Origin: Candidatus Omnitrophota bacterium
GTDB lineage: Bacteria; Omnitrophota; Gorgyraeia; Gygaellales; Profunditerraquicolaceae
Direction: 5' to 3'
Assembly (NCBI GenBank): GCA_028715785.1
Contig: JAQURC010000001.1
Location: 12,766 to 76,765, forward strand
DNA: 64,000 nucleotides
Shown: positions 46,964-57,415 of the stretch, in pieces
Position numbering within the stretch: position 1 is the first letter of the stretch
How the letters are laid out: each line of letters starts with the position of its first letter
The notes under the pieces: generated by a model
Seen by the model: the letters and a program-made list of their open reading frames with translations, nothing else
What the model was told of the DNA's origin: nothing
Databases searched by the model: none
Program-made: the position numbers and the translations under genes

Positions 46964-48186
46964 GGGAAAAGATTTTAGCGGCTCCGGATTCTCCGGGTGT
47001 TTATTTGATGCGCGACAGCGCCGGGGAGGTGCTTTATGTCGGCAAGGCCAATTCGCTAAAAAAGCGTCTTTTTAGTTATCTAGCCAATAATTTAGACGCC
47101 AAAACCTCGGCCTTGATCTCTAAGACAGCAGGCTTGGAGTTTAAGTTATCCGCTAATGAGGCGATGGCCTTATTGCTGGAGGCCGGCCTCATCCATGAGC
47201 TTAAGCCAAGATACAATATTTCTCTTAAAGATGACAAGAGTTTTCCTTTGGTTAAGATCTCCAACGAAGAGTTTCCGGCAATTTCTATTACGCGCAGGAA
47301 AAATGGGGCGGCCGGACGATACCTGGGGCCTTATACCAACGCCAAGCTCCTGAAAAATGCGCTTAAAATTATCCGGCATAGTTTTGGGTACCGCTCATGC
47401 CGGCGCCTGCCCAAGCAGAGCTGTATTTATTACCGGATCAATCTCTGCCCGGCTCCTTGTATCGGCGGGATCAGCGCTAAAGAATATAAGGCCCTGATTG
47501 ACAAAATTATTTTTGTTTTAGAAGGAAGGACGGATCTGTTGATCCGCAAGCTGAATAAGTCAATGCAGGATAAATCCCGGGCCCATGATTTTGAGGCGGC
47601 CGCCAGGAGGCGCGATCAGATCATTGTTTTATCCGAGATGTCGGCATCTCCCGGAAGGTTTACCCGCCAAGGGGAATTAGAGGACTTAAAAAACAGGCTG
47701 GGTTTGGAAAATCTGCCCGAAAGGATCGAGGGGTTTGATATTTCCAATATTTCAGGAAAGCAGGCCGTCGGTTCAATGGTCAGTTTTCAAAATGGCATCG
47801 CGGATAAAAATAACTACCGCCGTTTTCGCATCAAGGGTTTTTCCGGGATCAACGATTATAAAATGCTTGCGGAGGTGGTCACCCGGCGCTATAGCCGGCT
47901 GGCCAGGGAAAAGGCGGCCTTGCCGGATCTCCTGCTTATCGACGGAGGCAGGGGGCACCTATTGGCCGCTTCCTCGGAATTGAGAAAGCTTAACCTTACT
48001 ATTCCCCTGGTCAGCATTGCCAAAGAAAAAGAGAATATCTATAGCAGTACAAAATCCGGCGTTTTAGTTTTTCCTAAAGATACGCCGGCAATAAATTTGA
48101 TCCGCCGCATACGCGATGAGGCGCATCGGTTTGCTTTGAGTTACCATCGTATCTTGCGCAAAAAAGAGATATTTAAAAAATGCTGA
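46942..48186 (+). CDS. UvrC-family excinuclease, short form (GIY-YIG + UVR + endonuclease region; lacks C-terminal RNase H-like/HhH part)
   Basis: GIY-YIG GVYLMRDSAGEVLYVGKANSLKKR. UVR-like FEAAARRRDQIIVL. 414 aa versus ~600 for canonical UvrC. Confidence 0.65.
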   Translation: MGKVQDLREKILAAPDSPGVYLMRDSAGEVLYVGKANSLKKRLFSYLANNLDAKTSALISKTAGLEFKLSANEAMALLLEAGLIHELKPRYNISLKDDKSFPLVKISNEEFPAISITRRKNGAAGRYLGPYTNAKLLKNALKIIRHSFGYRSCRRLPKQSCIYYRINLCPAPCIGGISAKEYKALIDKIIFVLEGRTDLLIRKLNKSMQDKSRAHDFEAAARRRDQIIVLSEMSASPGRFTRQGELEDLKNRLGLENLPERIEGFDISNISGKQAVGSMVSFQNGIADKNNYRRFRIKGFSGINDYKMLAEVVTRRYSRLAREKAALPDLLLIDGGRGHLLAASSELRKLNLTIPLVSIAKEKENIYSSTKSGVLVFPKDTPAINLIRRIRDEAHRFALSYHRILRKKEIFKKC

Positions 48187-49151
48187 ATTTTCAAAGGATA
48201 AGAGGGGTTTTGTTTTATTTAAGCGTGTTTTTGTTTTTTGCCGGGCTCCCCCTTATCATTTCTTTTGCTTTAGGGTATAAATTCAATGCGCATACTTTAA
48301 AATTCTCCAAGACCGGGTTAATTTTCGTTAAGACCCAGCCCGACGGGGCAAAAATATATCTTAACGGAAAGCTCATCCCCCAGAGGAGCCCGGCAAGTAT
48401 GCAAGAGCTGGTCCCCGGTGTTTATAAAATTTCCATAGAGTTAGCGCAGCATTATCCCTGGAAAGGAGAGGTTGATGTGGAGGCAGGCAAGGTCAGCCGC
48501 CTGGATAAGGTCATCCTCTTCCCCCTAAGGCCTAACCTCCAGCAGTTGAATCAGGAGAGGTTTTCTTCTTTTCACATCGACACTGAAAAGAAACTGATTT
48601 ATTATCTGGATCGGGAAAATAAGGTTGTTTACAGGTCGGACTTAGAAGCGAACAATTTTGAGGATGTGGCAAGTTTACCAGAAAAATTTACGCAGATTGC
48701 CGGCTGGCAGGTCTGCGAGGATAAAAGAAAACTGTTTGTTTTTAATCCGCATCAGATCAGCGTGGTTTTTTTTGATAATCAGGGCGATTATGGGTATCCG
48801 GATTACCCCGTATTTTTGGATTACCCGCAGGAAAAGATAGCCAGTGTTTTTTGGCATTCGGACAGCTACCATTTGATCGTGCTGACCGACAAACACGTCC
48901 AGGTAATTGAGTCCAGGCCGCGGGCCTTGCCGGTTAATTTGGTGGAATTGAATAAAGAAGGGGCAGCGGCATTTTATGATCGCCAAGAAAACGCGCTTTA
49001 TTTCAGCGACAGCCAAAGGAGCCCCGATGGCAGTTTTTATAATAACCTGTATAAGTTGAACTTAAGCACCAGTTCTCTTTTGTTGGAAAGGCTGATGGCC
49101 CAGCCCTTCAAGGGCGTTAAATCGATAAGAAAGGAAAGGCCCGGTGAATAA
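48180..49151 (+). CDS. PEGA-domain membrane protein
   Basis: N-terminal TM, then QPDGAKIYLNGKLIPQRSPASMQELVPGVYKISIELAQHYPWKGEV (PEGA pattern). Confidence 0.55.
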   Translation: MLNFQRIRGVLFYLSVFLFFAGLPLIISFALGYKFNAHTLKFSKTGLIFVKTQPDGAKIYLNGKLIPQRSPASMQELVPGVYKISIELAQHYPWKGEVDVEAGKVSRLDKVILFPLRPNLQQLNQERFSSFHIDTEKKLIYYLDRENKVVYRSDLEANNFEDVASLPEKFTQIAGWQVCEDKRKLFVFNPHQISVVFFDNQGDYGYPDYPVFLDYPQEKIASVFWHSDSYHLIVLTDKHVQVIESRPRALPVNLVELNKEGAAAFYDRQENALYFSDSQRSPDGSFYNNLYKLNLSTSSLLLERLMAQPFKGVKSIRKERPGE

Positions 49152-50637
49152 GAGAGTGTTCTTAAGGCGCGCCTTGGAAATTATACCCGGAGGATTGTCC
49201 TGGGGGGTAATCATTTCGTTGATCCTCTTGTCTATTGTGCATCCGGTAGCCAGCGCCATAATAATCATTACTTTTGATTTCTATTGGATTATTCGCACGG
49301 TTTATCTGACCACTCTTTTGATCATGGCGCATCACCGGCTTTTCCAGCTTCGGCGCGAGGATTGGCTGCAGCGTTGTTTGGGGCTGCCCAAAGATAAAGG
49401 TTTCTTGCGATTGTATCAATTAATCATATTTCCGGTTTATAACGAGGGCCTGGAGGTCTTGCGGCCGTCTTTGTCCGCTTTAAGCAGGAGCCATTACCCG
49501 GAAGAAAGGATTATCGTGGTTATGGCTTTTGAAGAACGCAATATCCACGCGCATGATAATGCTTTAATTTTGGAAAAAGAATTTGCCGGCCGGTTCGGCG
49601 CCTATTTGTCCACCTTCCATCCCGATGGTTTATCCGGGGAGGCCCGGACCAAAGGGGCAAACGCCACCTGGAGCGCTAAAGCTGCCAGAAAATTCATCGA
49701 TAGCCGCAAGATTGCTTATGAAGATGTGATCGTTTCCTGTTTTGACGCGGATACCTGTGTCGAGCCGCAATATCTTGGGTGTCTGAGTTACCATTTTTTG
49801 ACTTCCGATAAGAAACATCAGGCAAGTTACCAGCCGATGCCGGTTTATAATAATAATATCTGGCAGGCCCCTTCCTTTGCCAGGCTGGTTGAGATCAGCA
49901 GTTCATTTTGCCAGTTGATTGAAAGCATGCGCCTGGAAAAGTTCGTTACATTTTCAAGCCACAGCATGAGTTTTAAGACGCTGGTGGAGGTGGATTATTG
50001 GCCGACGAACATGATCTCCGATGATTCGGTGATCTATTGGAAAGGGTATCTGCATTATAACGGAGATTACCGGGTGGTACCGTTATATATCACGGTTTCC
50101 ATGGACGTGGCTTATTCCAGCAATATCTGGCGGACCATTGTTGTGCAGTATAAGCAGAAGAGGAGATGGGCCTGGGGGGTGGAGAATTTTCCTTTCGTCG
50201 TCGATGGATTTATAAAAAATAAAGATATCCCGCTGGCCAATAAATTAAGGAGGTCATTCCATCTTTTAGAAAGCCATGTCACCTGGGCCGTCTGGGCGTT
50301 TATACTTGTGGTGATCGGATACCTGCCCATACTTTTCGGCGGGGCTTTTTTCAGCCAGATGGCCATTGCTTATAATTTACCGAAAATCACCGGATTATTA
50401 TTCCGGTTTACTTTGTTGACCAGTTTGACCTGGATATTCTTAAGCTGGACAATTTTGCCTCCGAAACCTAAAGGGGTCAGTGTATTTAAGAATGTGCTTT
50501 TGGTTTTGGAGTGGGTCTTTGTCCCGTTTATAATCTTGATTGTCGGTTCCTTCCCGGCAATCGATGCCCAGAGCCGGCTGATGTTTGCCAAATATATGGA
50601 ATTTAATCCTACGTTAAAAGGGGATAAGGTGTTATAA
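49144..50637 (+). CDS. Membrane-embedded family-2 glycosyltransferase-like protein
   Basis: SCFDADT (DxD-like), ISDDS and QYKQKRRWAWG (QxxRW-like) motifs with N- and C-terminal TM clusters. Confidence 0.55.
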   Translation: MNKRVFLRRALEIIPGGLSWGVIISLILLSIVHPVASAIIIITFDFYWIIRTVYLTTLLIMAHHRLFQLRREDWLQRCLGLPKDKGFLRLYQLIIFPVYNEGLEVLRPSLSALSRSHYPEERIIVVMAFEERNIHAHDNALILEKEFAGRFGAYLSTFHPDGLSGEARTKGANATWSAKAARKFIDSRKIAYEDVIVSCFDADTCVEPQYLGCLSYHFLTSDKKHQASYQPMPVYNNNIWQAPSFARLVEISSSFCQLIESMRLEKFVTFSSHSMSFKTLVEVDYWPTNMISDDSVIYWKGYLHYNGDYRVVPLYITVSMDVAYSSNIWRTIVVQYKQKRRWAWGVENFPFVVDGFIKNKDIPLANKLRRSFHLLESHVTWAVWAFILVVIGYLPILFGGAFFSQMAIAYNLPKITGLLFRFTLLTSLTWIFLSWTILPPKPKGVSVFKNVLLVLEWVFVPFIILIVGSFPAIDAQSRLMFAKYMEFNPTLKGDKVL

Positions 50638-50645
50638 TATTTATC

Positions 50646-50699
50646 CACTCCGCGCTTATAATGTATTGCGCGGGTGTGTCCTTATGGGCAGGAGGGAAA
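50646..50699 (+). promoter_or_regulatory. Conserved two-hairpin 5' leader element (copy 3) directly upstream of pilT
   Basis: CTCCGCGCTTATAATGTATTGCGCGGGTGTGTCCTTATGGGCAGGAGGGAAAATG. The G-U wobble in hairpin 2 keeps the pairing. Confidence 0.6.
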
Positions 50700-51773
50700 A
50701 TGGATATTAAGAAATTATTGCGGGAAATGGTGGACAAGAACGCCTCGGATCTTTTTTACCGTGCCGGAGGCACCCCCCGCCTGCGAATTGACGGCAAAAT
50801 CGTCTCTATGGATACCAAGGTTTTAAGCATGGAAGAGGTTATGTTTGCTACCGAACAGCTGGCTAGTGCCAAGCAGCTGGAAGTCTTCAGAAACTACCTG
50901 GACGTGGATTTTGCGGTATACCTGGATGAATTCAGGCGCCGTTTCCGGGTAAGTATATTTACGCAGAGAAATTGGCCTTCAATCGTTATTCGAAATGTGC
51001 GCAACAGTATAGCTACATTTGAAGAGCTGAATCTTCCTGCCGAGATATTTAAAAAACTCTCTATGGAAACCCGCGGCCTTGTGCTTCTGACCGGAAGTAT
51101 GGGCAGCGGCAAGTCCACGACGATTGCCAGCATGATCGAATATATCAATAATAACTCCAAAAAACACATCTTGACTGCCGAGGAGCCGATTGAGTTTACC
51201 TTCGAAGACAAGCAGTCAATTATCAACCAGCGGGAGCTGGGGGTCGATGTCACAACTTATTCCACCGCCCTGCGCGCCTTTACCCTGCAGAGCCCGGATG
51301 TGATGTTTATCGGCAATATCCGCGATTATGAAACCGTCTCCAGCGCCATTGCCGCCGCGGAAACCGGGGTTTTGGTTTTGAGCACTTTGCACACAATTAA
51401 TGCTTCCCAGTCCGTGGAAAGATTGATCAACTTTTTCCCTCCGCACCAGCATCAGGAGGTAAAGAATCAGTTGGCCTCGCTGCTTAAAGGGATAATTTCA
51501 TTACGCCTGGTGCCTGCTAAGCATGGTGTCGGAAGGGTCCCCGCTTATGAGATTATGCTTTTGACCCCCACGATCAGCCGCCTGATCCGCGAAGGAAAGA
51601 TTTGGGAGATCCCCGATTTTATCGACGATGGAGCGGTATTCGGTATGCAGTCGTTTACCCAATCTTTGGTTAAATTAGTTCATGAAGGCAAAATAAGCCT
51701 GGAGGATGCCACGCTTGCCGCGGATAGCCGCGAAGAATTTATGCTGGCCTACAGGGGGATCAAGAAATCTTAA
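50700..51773 (+). CDS. pilT: Type IV pilus retraction ATPase PilT
   Basis: Walker A LLTGSMGSGKSTT. No N-terminal GSPII_E_N domain and no tetracysteine. PilT-specific C-terminal region. ~358 aa. Confidence 0.85.
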   Translation: MDIKKLLREMVDKNASDLFYRAGGTPRLRIDGKIVSMDTKVLSMEEVMFATEQLASAKQLEVFRNYLDVDFAVYLDEFRRRFRVSIFTQRNWPSIVIRNVRNSIATFEELNLPAEIFKKLSMETRGLVLLTGSMGSGKSTTIASMIEYINNNSKKHILTAEEPIEFTFEDKQSIINQRELGVDVTTYSTALRAFTLQSPDVMFIGNIRDYETVSSAIAAAETGVLVLSTLHTINASQSVERLINFFPPHQHQEVKNQLASLLKGIISLRLVPAKHGVGRVPAYEIMLLTPTISRLIREGKIWEIPDFIDDGAVFGMQSFTQSLVKLVHEGKISLEDATLAADSREEFMLAYRGIKKS

Positions 51774-51837
51774 TGCAACAGTTTCCTCTTCACCTTGGGA
51801 ACTGCTTACGACCCAATCGGGAAATGGGGCCTAAGAC

Positions 51838-51892
51838 ACCCCGCGCTTATAAGGTATTGCGCGGGTCTGCCCTTGCGGGCAAGGAGATAATT
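51838..51892 (+). promoter_or_regulatory. Conserved two-hairpin 5' leader element (copy 4) directly upstream of prfB
   Basis: CCCCGCGCTTATAAGGTATTGCGCGGGTCTGCCCTTGCGGGCAAGGAGATAATTATG. Confidence 0.6.
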
Positions 51893-52991
51893 ATGCTAGA
51901 AGAAATTAAAAGTAAGCTTAGTGAAATCGGAGTAAGGATTGAGAACCTACGAGGTTATCTTTGACGTTGCCGGGAAAAAGAAACGGATAGATATTTTATC
52001 CGGCCAAATGTCTTCCGAAGGATTCTGGAATAATACCGAACAGTCTACCAGGATAGTCAGGGAATTGAAGGACCTTAAAGGCACGGTCGAGCCTTGGGAT
52101 CTGGCTTATAAAAAATATCAGGAGCTGGTTGAGCTTATCCCTTTGCTTAAAGAGGATGACCAGGACCTGATTTTAGATCTAACGCATAATGCCGGAGCCC
52201 TTACGGAAATAATCGATAAATTGGAATTCCAGGTGCTTTTGGGGGGCAGGCTGGATAAGAATAGCGCGATCTTAAGTATCAATGCCGGAGCAGGGGGCAC
52301 GGAATCCTGCGATTGGGCGGGGATGCTCTTTAGGATGTACAGCCGTTTTGCGCAAAGGTGCGGCTATAGCGTAAAGACAATCGATATACTTGCCGGAGAA
52401 GAAGCGGGGATTAAAAATATAACTGTTTTAATCGAAGGCCCGTATGCCTTTGGTTATTTAAAAGCCGAGCGCGGCGTGCATCGGTTAGTGCGTATTTCGC
52501 CTTTTGACGCCAATAAACGCAGGCATACCTCTTTTGCTTCCGTAGATGTGATCCCGGAAATAGAGGAGGAGCTGGATATAAAAATCGAGGAGAAAGACCT
52601 GCGCATAGATGTTTACCGGTCTAAGGGGGCCGGCGGCCAAAGCGTCAACACCACGGATTCGGCGGTGAGGATTACCCATATACCGACCGGAATCGTGGCG
52701 CAGTGCCAGAATGAGCGTTCGCAGTTTCAAAATAAACAGACAGCCCTAAAAATACTCAAGGCCCGTATTTATGAAGCCCAGCAGGCGAAAAAACAGGAGG
52801 AATTAAAACAGCAGGATGCGGATAAAAAGAAAATTGAGTGGGGCAGCCAGATCCGTTCGTATGTTTTACATCCCTATAATTTGGTTAAAGACCACCGCAC
52901 GGATTTTGAGACCGCAGACAGCCAGAAAGTTTTAGACGGCGGCCTGGATGAATTTATCGAGGCCTATTTAAAGTTCAGTGCCGGCAAATAA
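51893..52991 (+). CDS. prfB: Peptide chain release factor 2 with programmed +1 ribosomal frameshift (frame 0: 51893-51961, shift at CTT TGA C, frame +1 to 52991)
   Basis: Frame 0 MLEEIKSKLSEIGVRIENLRGYL stops at TGA 51962-51964 within GAGGTTATCTTTGAC (SD-like GAGG + CUU UGA C). +1 frame continues DVAGKKKRIDILSG... and contains GGQSVNTTDSAVRITHIPTG (GGQ) and SPF. Confidence 0.9.
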
Positions 52992-53000
52992 GAAGGAAAA

Positions 53001-55922
53001 ATGTTAGGTTTAATTAAAAAAATTATCCTGCAAAATAAACAGAATGCTATCCGCAGCAGGTTCCCCGGATTAAATATAACTTTACATTCTGAGATGCCCA
53101 GCCCTTCGATGAATAAGATGGTTGAAGTAGCCGGGCTGGTTAATTTGGTGAATTCTTTGGAGCCCAAGATAAGCGCCTTAAGCGATACGGCCTTGGCCGC
53201 CAAGTCGGATGAATTCAGGGAACATTTAAAAAATAAATCCGCGCAATTTTCCCAGGAGCTGGAGGAATTGCGCCAGGCCATGCTCAGGGTGGTTATTCCC
53301 GAAGAAAAGGAAAAATTAAAGGAAAAATTAAAGGTCAGCCGTAACCGGATCTTTGCCGAGATATTGCCCGAGGCTTTTGCCGTGGTCAGGGAGGCATCCA
53401 AGCGCACCATCGGCCTGAGGCATTTTGACGTGCAGATTGCCGGAGGCATTATCCTGCACGAAGGCAGGATCGCCGAGATGTCTACCGGAGAAGGAAAGAC
53501 CTTGGTGGCTACCCTGGCTGCCTATCTTAACGCTTTATTGGGCAAAGGGGTGCATGTGGTTACAGTCAACGATTATCTTGCCCGGCGCGACCGCCAGTGG
53601 ATGGGGCCGATTTATGAGTTCTTAGGTTTGTCCGTGGGCGCTATCCAGCATGATATGAGCGATGAAGAAAGAAAGGTTGCTTATGCCTGCGATATAACTT
53701 ACGGCACGAACAATGAATTTGGTTTTGATTATCTGCGCGATAATATGAAATATTCGCTTGAGGAATTGGTGCAGAGGCCTTTCTATTATGCTGTCGTCGA
53801 TGAGGTTGATTCGATATTAATCGATGAGGCGCGCACTCCTTTGATTATCTCCGGGCCTGCGGAGGAATCCACGGAAAAATATTACACTGCCAAGAAAATA
53901 GTCGAGCAATTAGACGGCCGCAGGGTCACGGAAAAAGACGAGATCGACGCAAAATATAAAGGCATAGACCTGGGCAAAGGATTTGACTATGTCGCCGATG
54001 AGAAGGCCCAGACCGTAGCCTTGACCGAGGCAGGAGAGATCAAGGCCTCAAAGCTTTGGGGCGTAGAGACCCTGCATGCCTTAGAAACAATCGAATACCG
54101 GCACCACACTATCCAGGCTTTACGGGCAAAAGAATTTTTCCAGCTCGATGTGGATTATGTGATTAAGGACGGGCAGGTGATTATCGTCGATGAATTTACG
54201 GGGCGCCTGATGCCCGGCCGGCGCTGGTCAGACGGCCTGCACCAGGCGGTTGAATCTAAGGAAGGTTTAAAGATCGAGCGGGAAAACCAGACTCTGGCCA
54301 CCATAACTTTCCAGAATTATTTCCGCATGTATGAAAAATTAGCGGGGATGACCGGCACGGCTTTTACCGAAGCCAACGAATTTAAAAGCATCTATCAATT
54401 GGACGTGGTTGTTTTGCCCACCAACAAAGTTTTAGCGCGCAAGAATTATTCCGACCGGATTTATAAAACCGAAAAAGAAAAATTTAACGCTGTCGTCGAT
54501 GAGATTGCCGAGCTTTACAATTTAGGCAAGCCCGTATTAGTCGGTACGATCACTATCGATAAATCCGAGAGGCTTTCGGAGATGCTCAAGCGCCGGGGGA
54601 TCCCGCACCAGGTATTAAATGCCAAATATCATGAAATGGAAGCCCAGATTATCGCCCAGGCCGGCAGTTATAAAGCCGTAACGATTGCCACCAATATGGC
54701 CGGCCGCGGCACGGATATACTTTTGGGAGGCAACCCCGAATTTATCGCCAAAAATGTGGCCAAAGAGAAATTGGACCCCCAGGATCCAGATTACCATAGT
54801 GAATATAAGAAGATACTTGAGCGTTATAAAACCGAGTCCGCCATTGAACATAATAAAGTAGTGGAATTAGGCGGGTTACATGTCTTAGGCACGGAGCGCC
54901 ATGAGGCCAGGCGTATCGATAATCAGCTGCGCGGCCGCAGCGGCCGCCAGGGGGATCCGGGATCTTCGCGTTTTTATGTTTCATTGAAGGATGACCTCAT
55001 GCGCCTGTTCGGCTCAGACAGGATCATCGGATTAATGGATAAACTGGGTTTAGAGGAGGGCCAGGTTATCGAACACCCCTGGGTCAGCGGCTCCATCGAG
55101 ATCGCCCAGCGCCGGGTGGAACAGCATAACTTTGAAATCAGGAAGCAGCTCTTAGAATATGATAATGTGATGAATAAACAAAGAGAGATTATTTACGGCC
55201 AGCGCCTGCAGATCCTGGAAGGTTTTTCTCTGAAAGAGAACATCATCGGAATTATTCCCAGGCTGGTGGATGATTATCTAAAAATTTACGGCCATGGGGA
55301 TTCCCCGGGGATAGACATAACCGGCCTGGTTAATTCGATAGTTTTAAATTTCGGGCTGCAGTTGGATACGCAGGCATTTATGAATCAAAACCCGCAGGAA
55401 TTGAATGATAAATTAACCGGCCTGATGCTTGAAGCTTATGGGAATAAAGAAAAGGAGATTGAACCGCAATTGCTGCGTAGTTTAGAGCGCATGGTCTTCC
55501 TGCAGATTATCGACAGTAAATGGAAGGACCATCTTTATGCCATGGACAGCCTGCGCGAGGGCATTGGTTTGCGCGCCTACGGGCAAAGGGATCCTTTAAT
55601 CGAGTATAAGCGTGAGGCCTTCGGCATGTTTAGCCAGATGATCGGGGCTATCGAAGAAGACGCGGTGCAGACTATCTTTAAATTACAGCCGGCCAGACCG
55701 GACAGGTTCCAGGGTGTTTTTAGCTCTGTCCCCAAGGAGTTTTCTCATCCTGAGGCGGACAAGTTTCAAGCTTCTTCTCCGGGAGAAGATTTGCCAGAAT
55801 TTGCCGCAGCCCCAAAAGAGCCGGCAGCTAAACCCGCGCAATCCCAGCATCCTAAAGTAGGCCGCAATGACCTCTGTCCTTGCGGTTCGGGCAAGAAATA
55901 TAAAAAGTGTTGCGGAAGATGA
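53001..55922 (+). CDS. secA: Preprotein translocase ATPase SecA
   Basis: 973 aa. DEAD-like motor. C-terminal zinc-binding [14 protein letters not shown]. Confidence 0.95.
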   Translation: MLGLIKKIILQNKQNAIRSRFPGLNITLHSEMPSPSMNKMVEVAGLVNLVNSLEPKISALSDTALAAKSDEFREHLKNKSAQFSQELEELRQAMLRVVIPEEKEKLKEKLKVSRNRIFAEILPEAFAVVREASKRTIGLRHFDVQIAGGIILHEGRIAEMSTGEGKTLVATLAAYLNALLGKGVHVVTVNDYLARRDRQWMGPIYEFLGLSVGAIQHDMSDEERKVAYACDITYGTNNEFGFDYLRDNMKYSLEELVQRPFYYAVVDEVDSILIDEARTPLIISGPAEESTEKYYTAKKIVEQLDGRRVTEKDEIDAKYKGIDLGKGFDYVADEKAQTVALTEAGEIKASKLWGVETLHALETIEYRHHTIQALRAKEFFQLDVDYVIKDGQVIIVDEFTGRLMPGRRWSDGLHQAVESKEGLKIERENQTLATITFQNYFRMYEKLAGMTGTAFTEANEFKSIYQLDVVVLPTNKVLARKNYSDRIYKTEKEKFNAVVDEIAELYNLGKPVLVGTITIDKSERLSEMLKRRGIPHQVLNAKYHEMEAQIIAQAGSYKAVTIATNMAGRGTDILLGGNPEFIAKNVAKEKLDPQDPDYHSEYKKILERYKTESAIEHNKVVELGGLHVLGTERHEARRIDNQLRGRSGRQGDPGSSRFYVSLKDDLMRLFGSDRIIGLMDKLGLEEGQVIEHPWVSGSIEIAQRRVEQHNFEIRKQLLEYDNVMNKQREIIYGQRLQILEGFSLKENIIGIIPRLVDDYLKIYGHGDSPGIDITGLVNSIVLNFGLQLDTQAFMNQNPQELNDKLTGLMLEAYGNKEKEIEPQLLRSLERMVFLQIIDSKWKDHLYAMDSLREGIGLRAYGQRDPLIEYKREAFGMFSQMIGAIEEDAVQTIFKLQPARPDRFQGVFSSVPKEFSHPEADKFQASSPGEDLPEFAAAPKEPAAKPAQSQHPKVGRNDLCPCGSGKKYKKCCGR

Positions 55923-57415
55923 GCGCTACGATCCTGCCTGTGCTGGCCGCGGTTTTGTTGTCGCTTTCATTCTCCAGTTTTAATCTTTGGTTATTCGGCT
56001 GGTGGGCTTTTATCCCTCTTTTTTTCGCGCTGGAAAATAAATCCCTGCGCCGGTCGTTTATTACCGCTTATCTGTTCGGGATTGTTTTCTGGAGCCTGAC
56101 AATATACTGGCTCATCCATGTCACCTTAACCGGCCAGGTAGTTTTAATTCTATATCTGGCGGTATATCCGGCTATTTTTGGCTGCGTTTTTTATTTTTCC
56201 CGTTTTTTCTCACCGGCCTGCCGCCTGGTTTTTCTGCCCGCTTCCTGGGTATTATTGGAATATATCCGCAGCCGTTTATTTAGCGGATTTCCCTGGTCAC
56301 TGGCCGGGTTTTCCCAATACCAGAATTTGCCGGTTATCCAAATTGCCGATATCACCGGCGCCTGGGGAGTCAGTTTTCTGGTTGTTTTAGTTAATATCGC
56401 CGCCTATCTAATCTTGCGTAAACAATCAAGGATAAAGGTTTTTTTGATCTGCGCGTCAATACTGTTTTTATCTTTGCTCTACGGATTTTATAAATTAAGT
56501 TCTAAACCTGATTTGGCCGGAGCTGGAAAACCGTTGAAGGTTTCCGTAGTCCAGGGCAATATCCCCCAATATTTAAAATGGAATAAGCAGGCGGTCGATT
56601 TTATCTTAAATAATTATAAGGAATTGACGGCTGCGGCTGCTCAAGATAAGCCGGGCCTGGTTATCTGGCCTGAAGCATCTGTGCCGGGCGTCTTTGGGCA
56701 GGATGATGCCGAATTTAAACAGGTTTTTTCTTTAGCCGGCCGGCTAAAAATCAATTTATTGACCGGGGCGGTCTCGCGTTTTGGCCAGAGTTATTTTAAT
56801 AGCGCCCTGTTTATTGATAGTTCGGGTGAGCCGGCAGCAATTTATCATAAGCTCCATTTGGTGCCGTTCGGAGAATATATACCGCTTAAAAGTATTTTCC
56901 CATTTTTGCAGACGATCGCCCCTATCGGGGACATCGAGCCCGGAAGGGAATACACCATATTCAGGCAGCCGGCTGATTTCGGCGTGCTTATTTGTTTTGA
57001 GGATCTTTTTCCCGCGTTGTCCCGCCAGTTTGTAAAAAGAGGCGCAAGGTTTTTGGTTAATATTACCAATGACGCCTGGTATAAGGAGGGCAGCGCCCCT
57101 TACCAGCATTTTGCCGCTTCGGTTTTCAGGGCAGTTGAGAATCATGTGTACCTGGCCCGGGCAGCCAATACCGGGATCTCCGGATTTATCGGCCCTTCCG
57201 GCAGGATTTTATCAATAGTGGGCGGCGCGGGCGGCCGGAAGATTTTTGTAACAGGCTATTGCAGCCAGGATATTTATTTAATCCCGGCCCAGCGCACTTT
57301 CTACACCCGTTACGGAGATATCTTCATTATTTTTTGCCTGTTGCTTGAGTGTTTGGTGATAGTATTTTCTCGACCGCAAATTCATAAGATGCTAAGATAT
57401 AACCATGCGCAATAG
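55919..57415 (+). CDS. lnt: Apolipoprotein N-acyltransferase
   Basis: N-terminal polytopic membrane domain. C-terminal CN-hydrolase domain ([10 protein letters not shown]..., WPEAS, ICFEDLF). ATG at 55919 overlaps the secA stop (ATGA). An alternative GTG start exists at 55907. Confidence 0.85.
   Translation: MSATILPVLAAVLLSLSFSSFNLWLFGWWAFIPLFFALENKSLRRSFITAYLFGIVFWSLTIYWLIHVTLTGQVVLILYLAVYPAIFGCVFYFSRFFSPACRLVFLPASWVLLEYIRSRLFSGFPWSLAGFSQYQNLPVIQIADITGAWGVSFLVVLVNIAAYLILRKQSRIKVFLICASILFLSLLYGFYKLSSKPDLAGAGKPLKVSVVQGNIPQYLKWNKQAVDFILNNYKELTAAAAQDKPGLVIWPEASVPGVFGQDDAEFKQVFSLAGRLKINLLTGAVSRFGQSYFNSALFIDSSGEPAAIYHKLHLVPFGEYIPLKSIFPFLQTIAPIGDIEPGREYTIFRQPADFGVLICFEDLFPALSRQFVKRGARFLVNITNDAWYKEGSAPYQHFAASVFRAVENHVYLARAANTGISGFIGPSGRILSIVGGAGGRKIFVTGYCSQDIYLIPAQRTFYTRYGDIFIIFCLLLECLVIVFSRPQIHKMLRYNHAQ

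Noticed and set aside
51773-51892. Upstream 40 codons of ORF 51773-51964 (MQQFPLHLGNCLRPNREMGPKTPRAYKVLRGSALAGKEII)
   Set aside because: They cover the conserved leader element. RF2 frame 0 starts at the ATG at 51893 after AAGGAG.
52964-53449. 161-aa minus-strand ORF overlapping the prfB end and secA start
   Set aside because: It is antisense to two strongly supported genes, with low-complexity translation (repeated FNFS) and no RBS.
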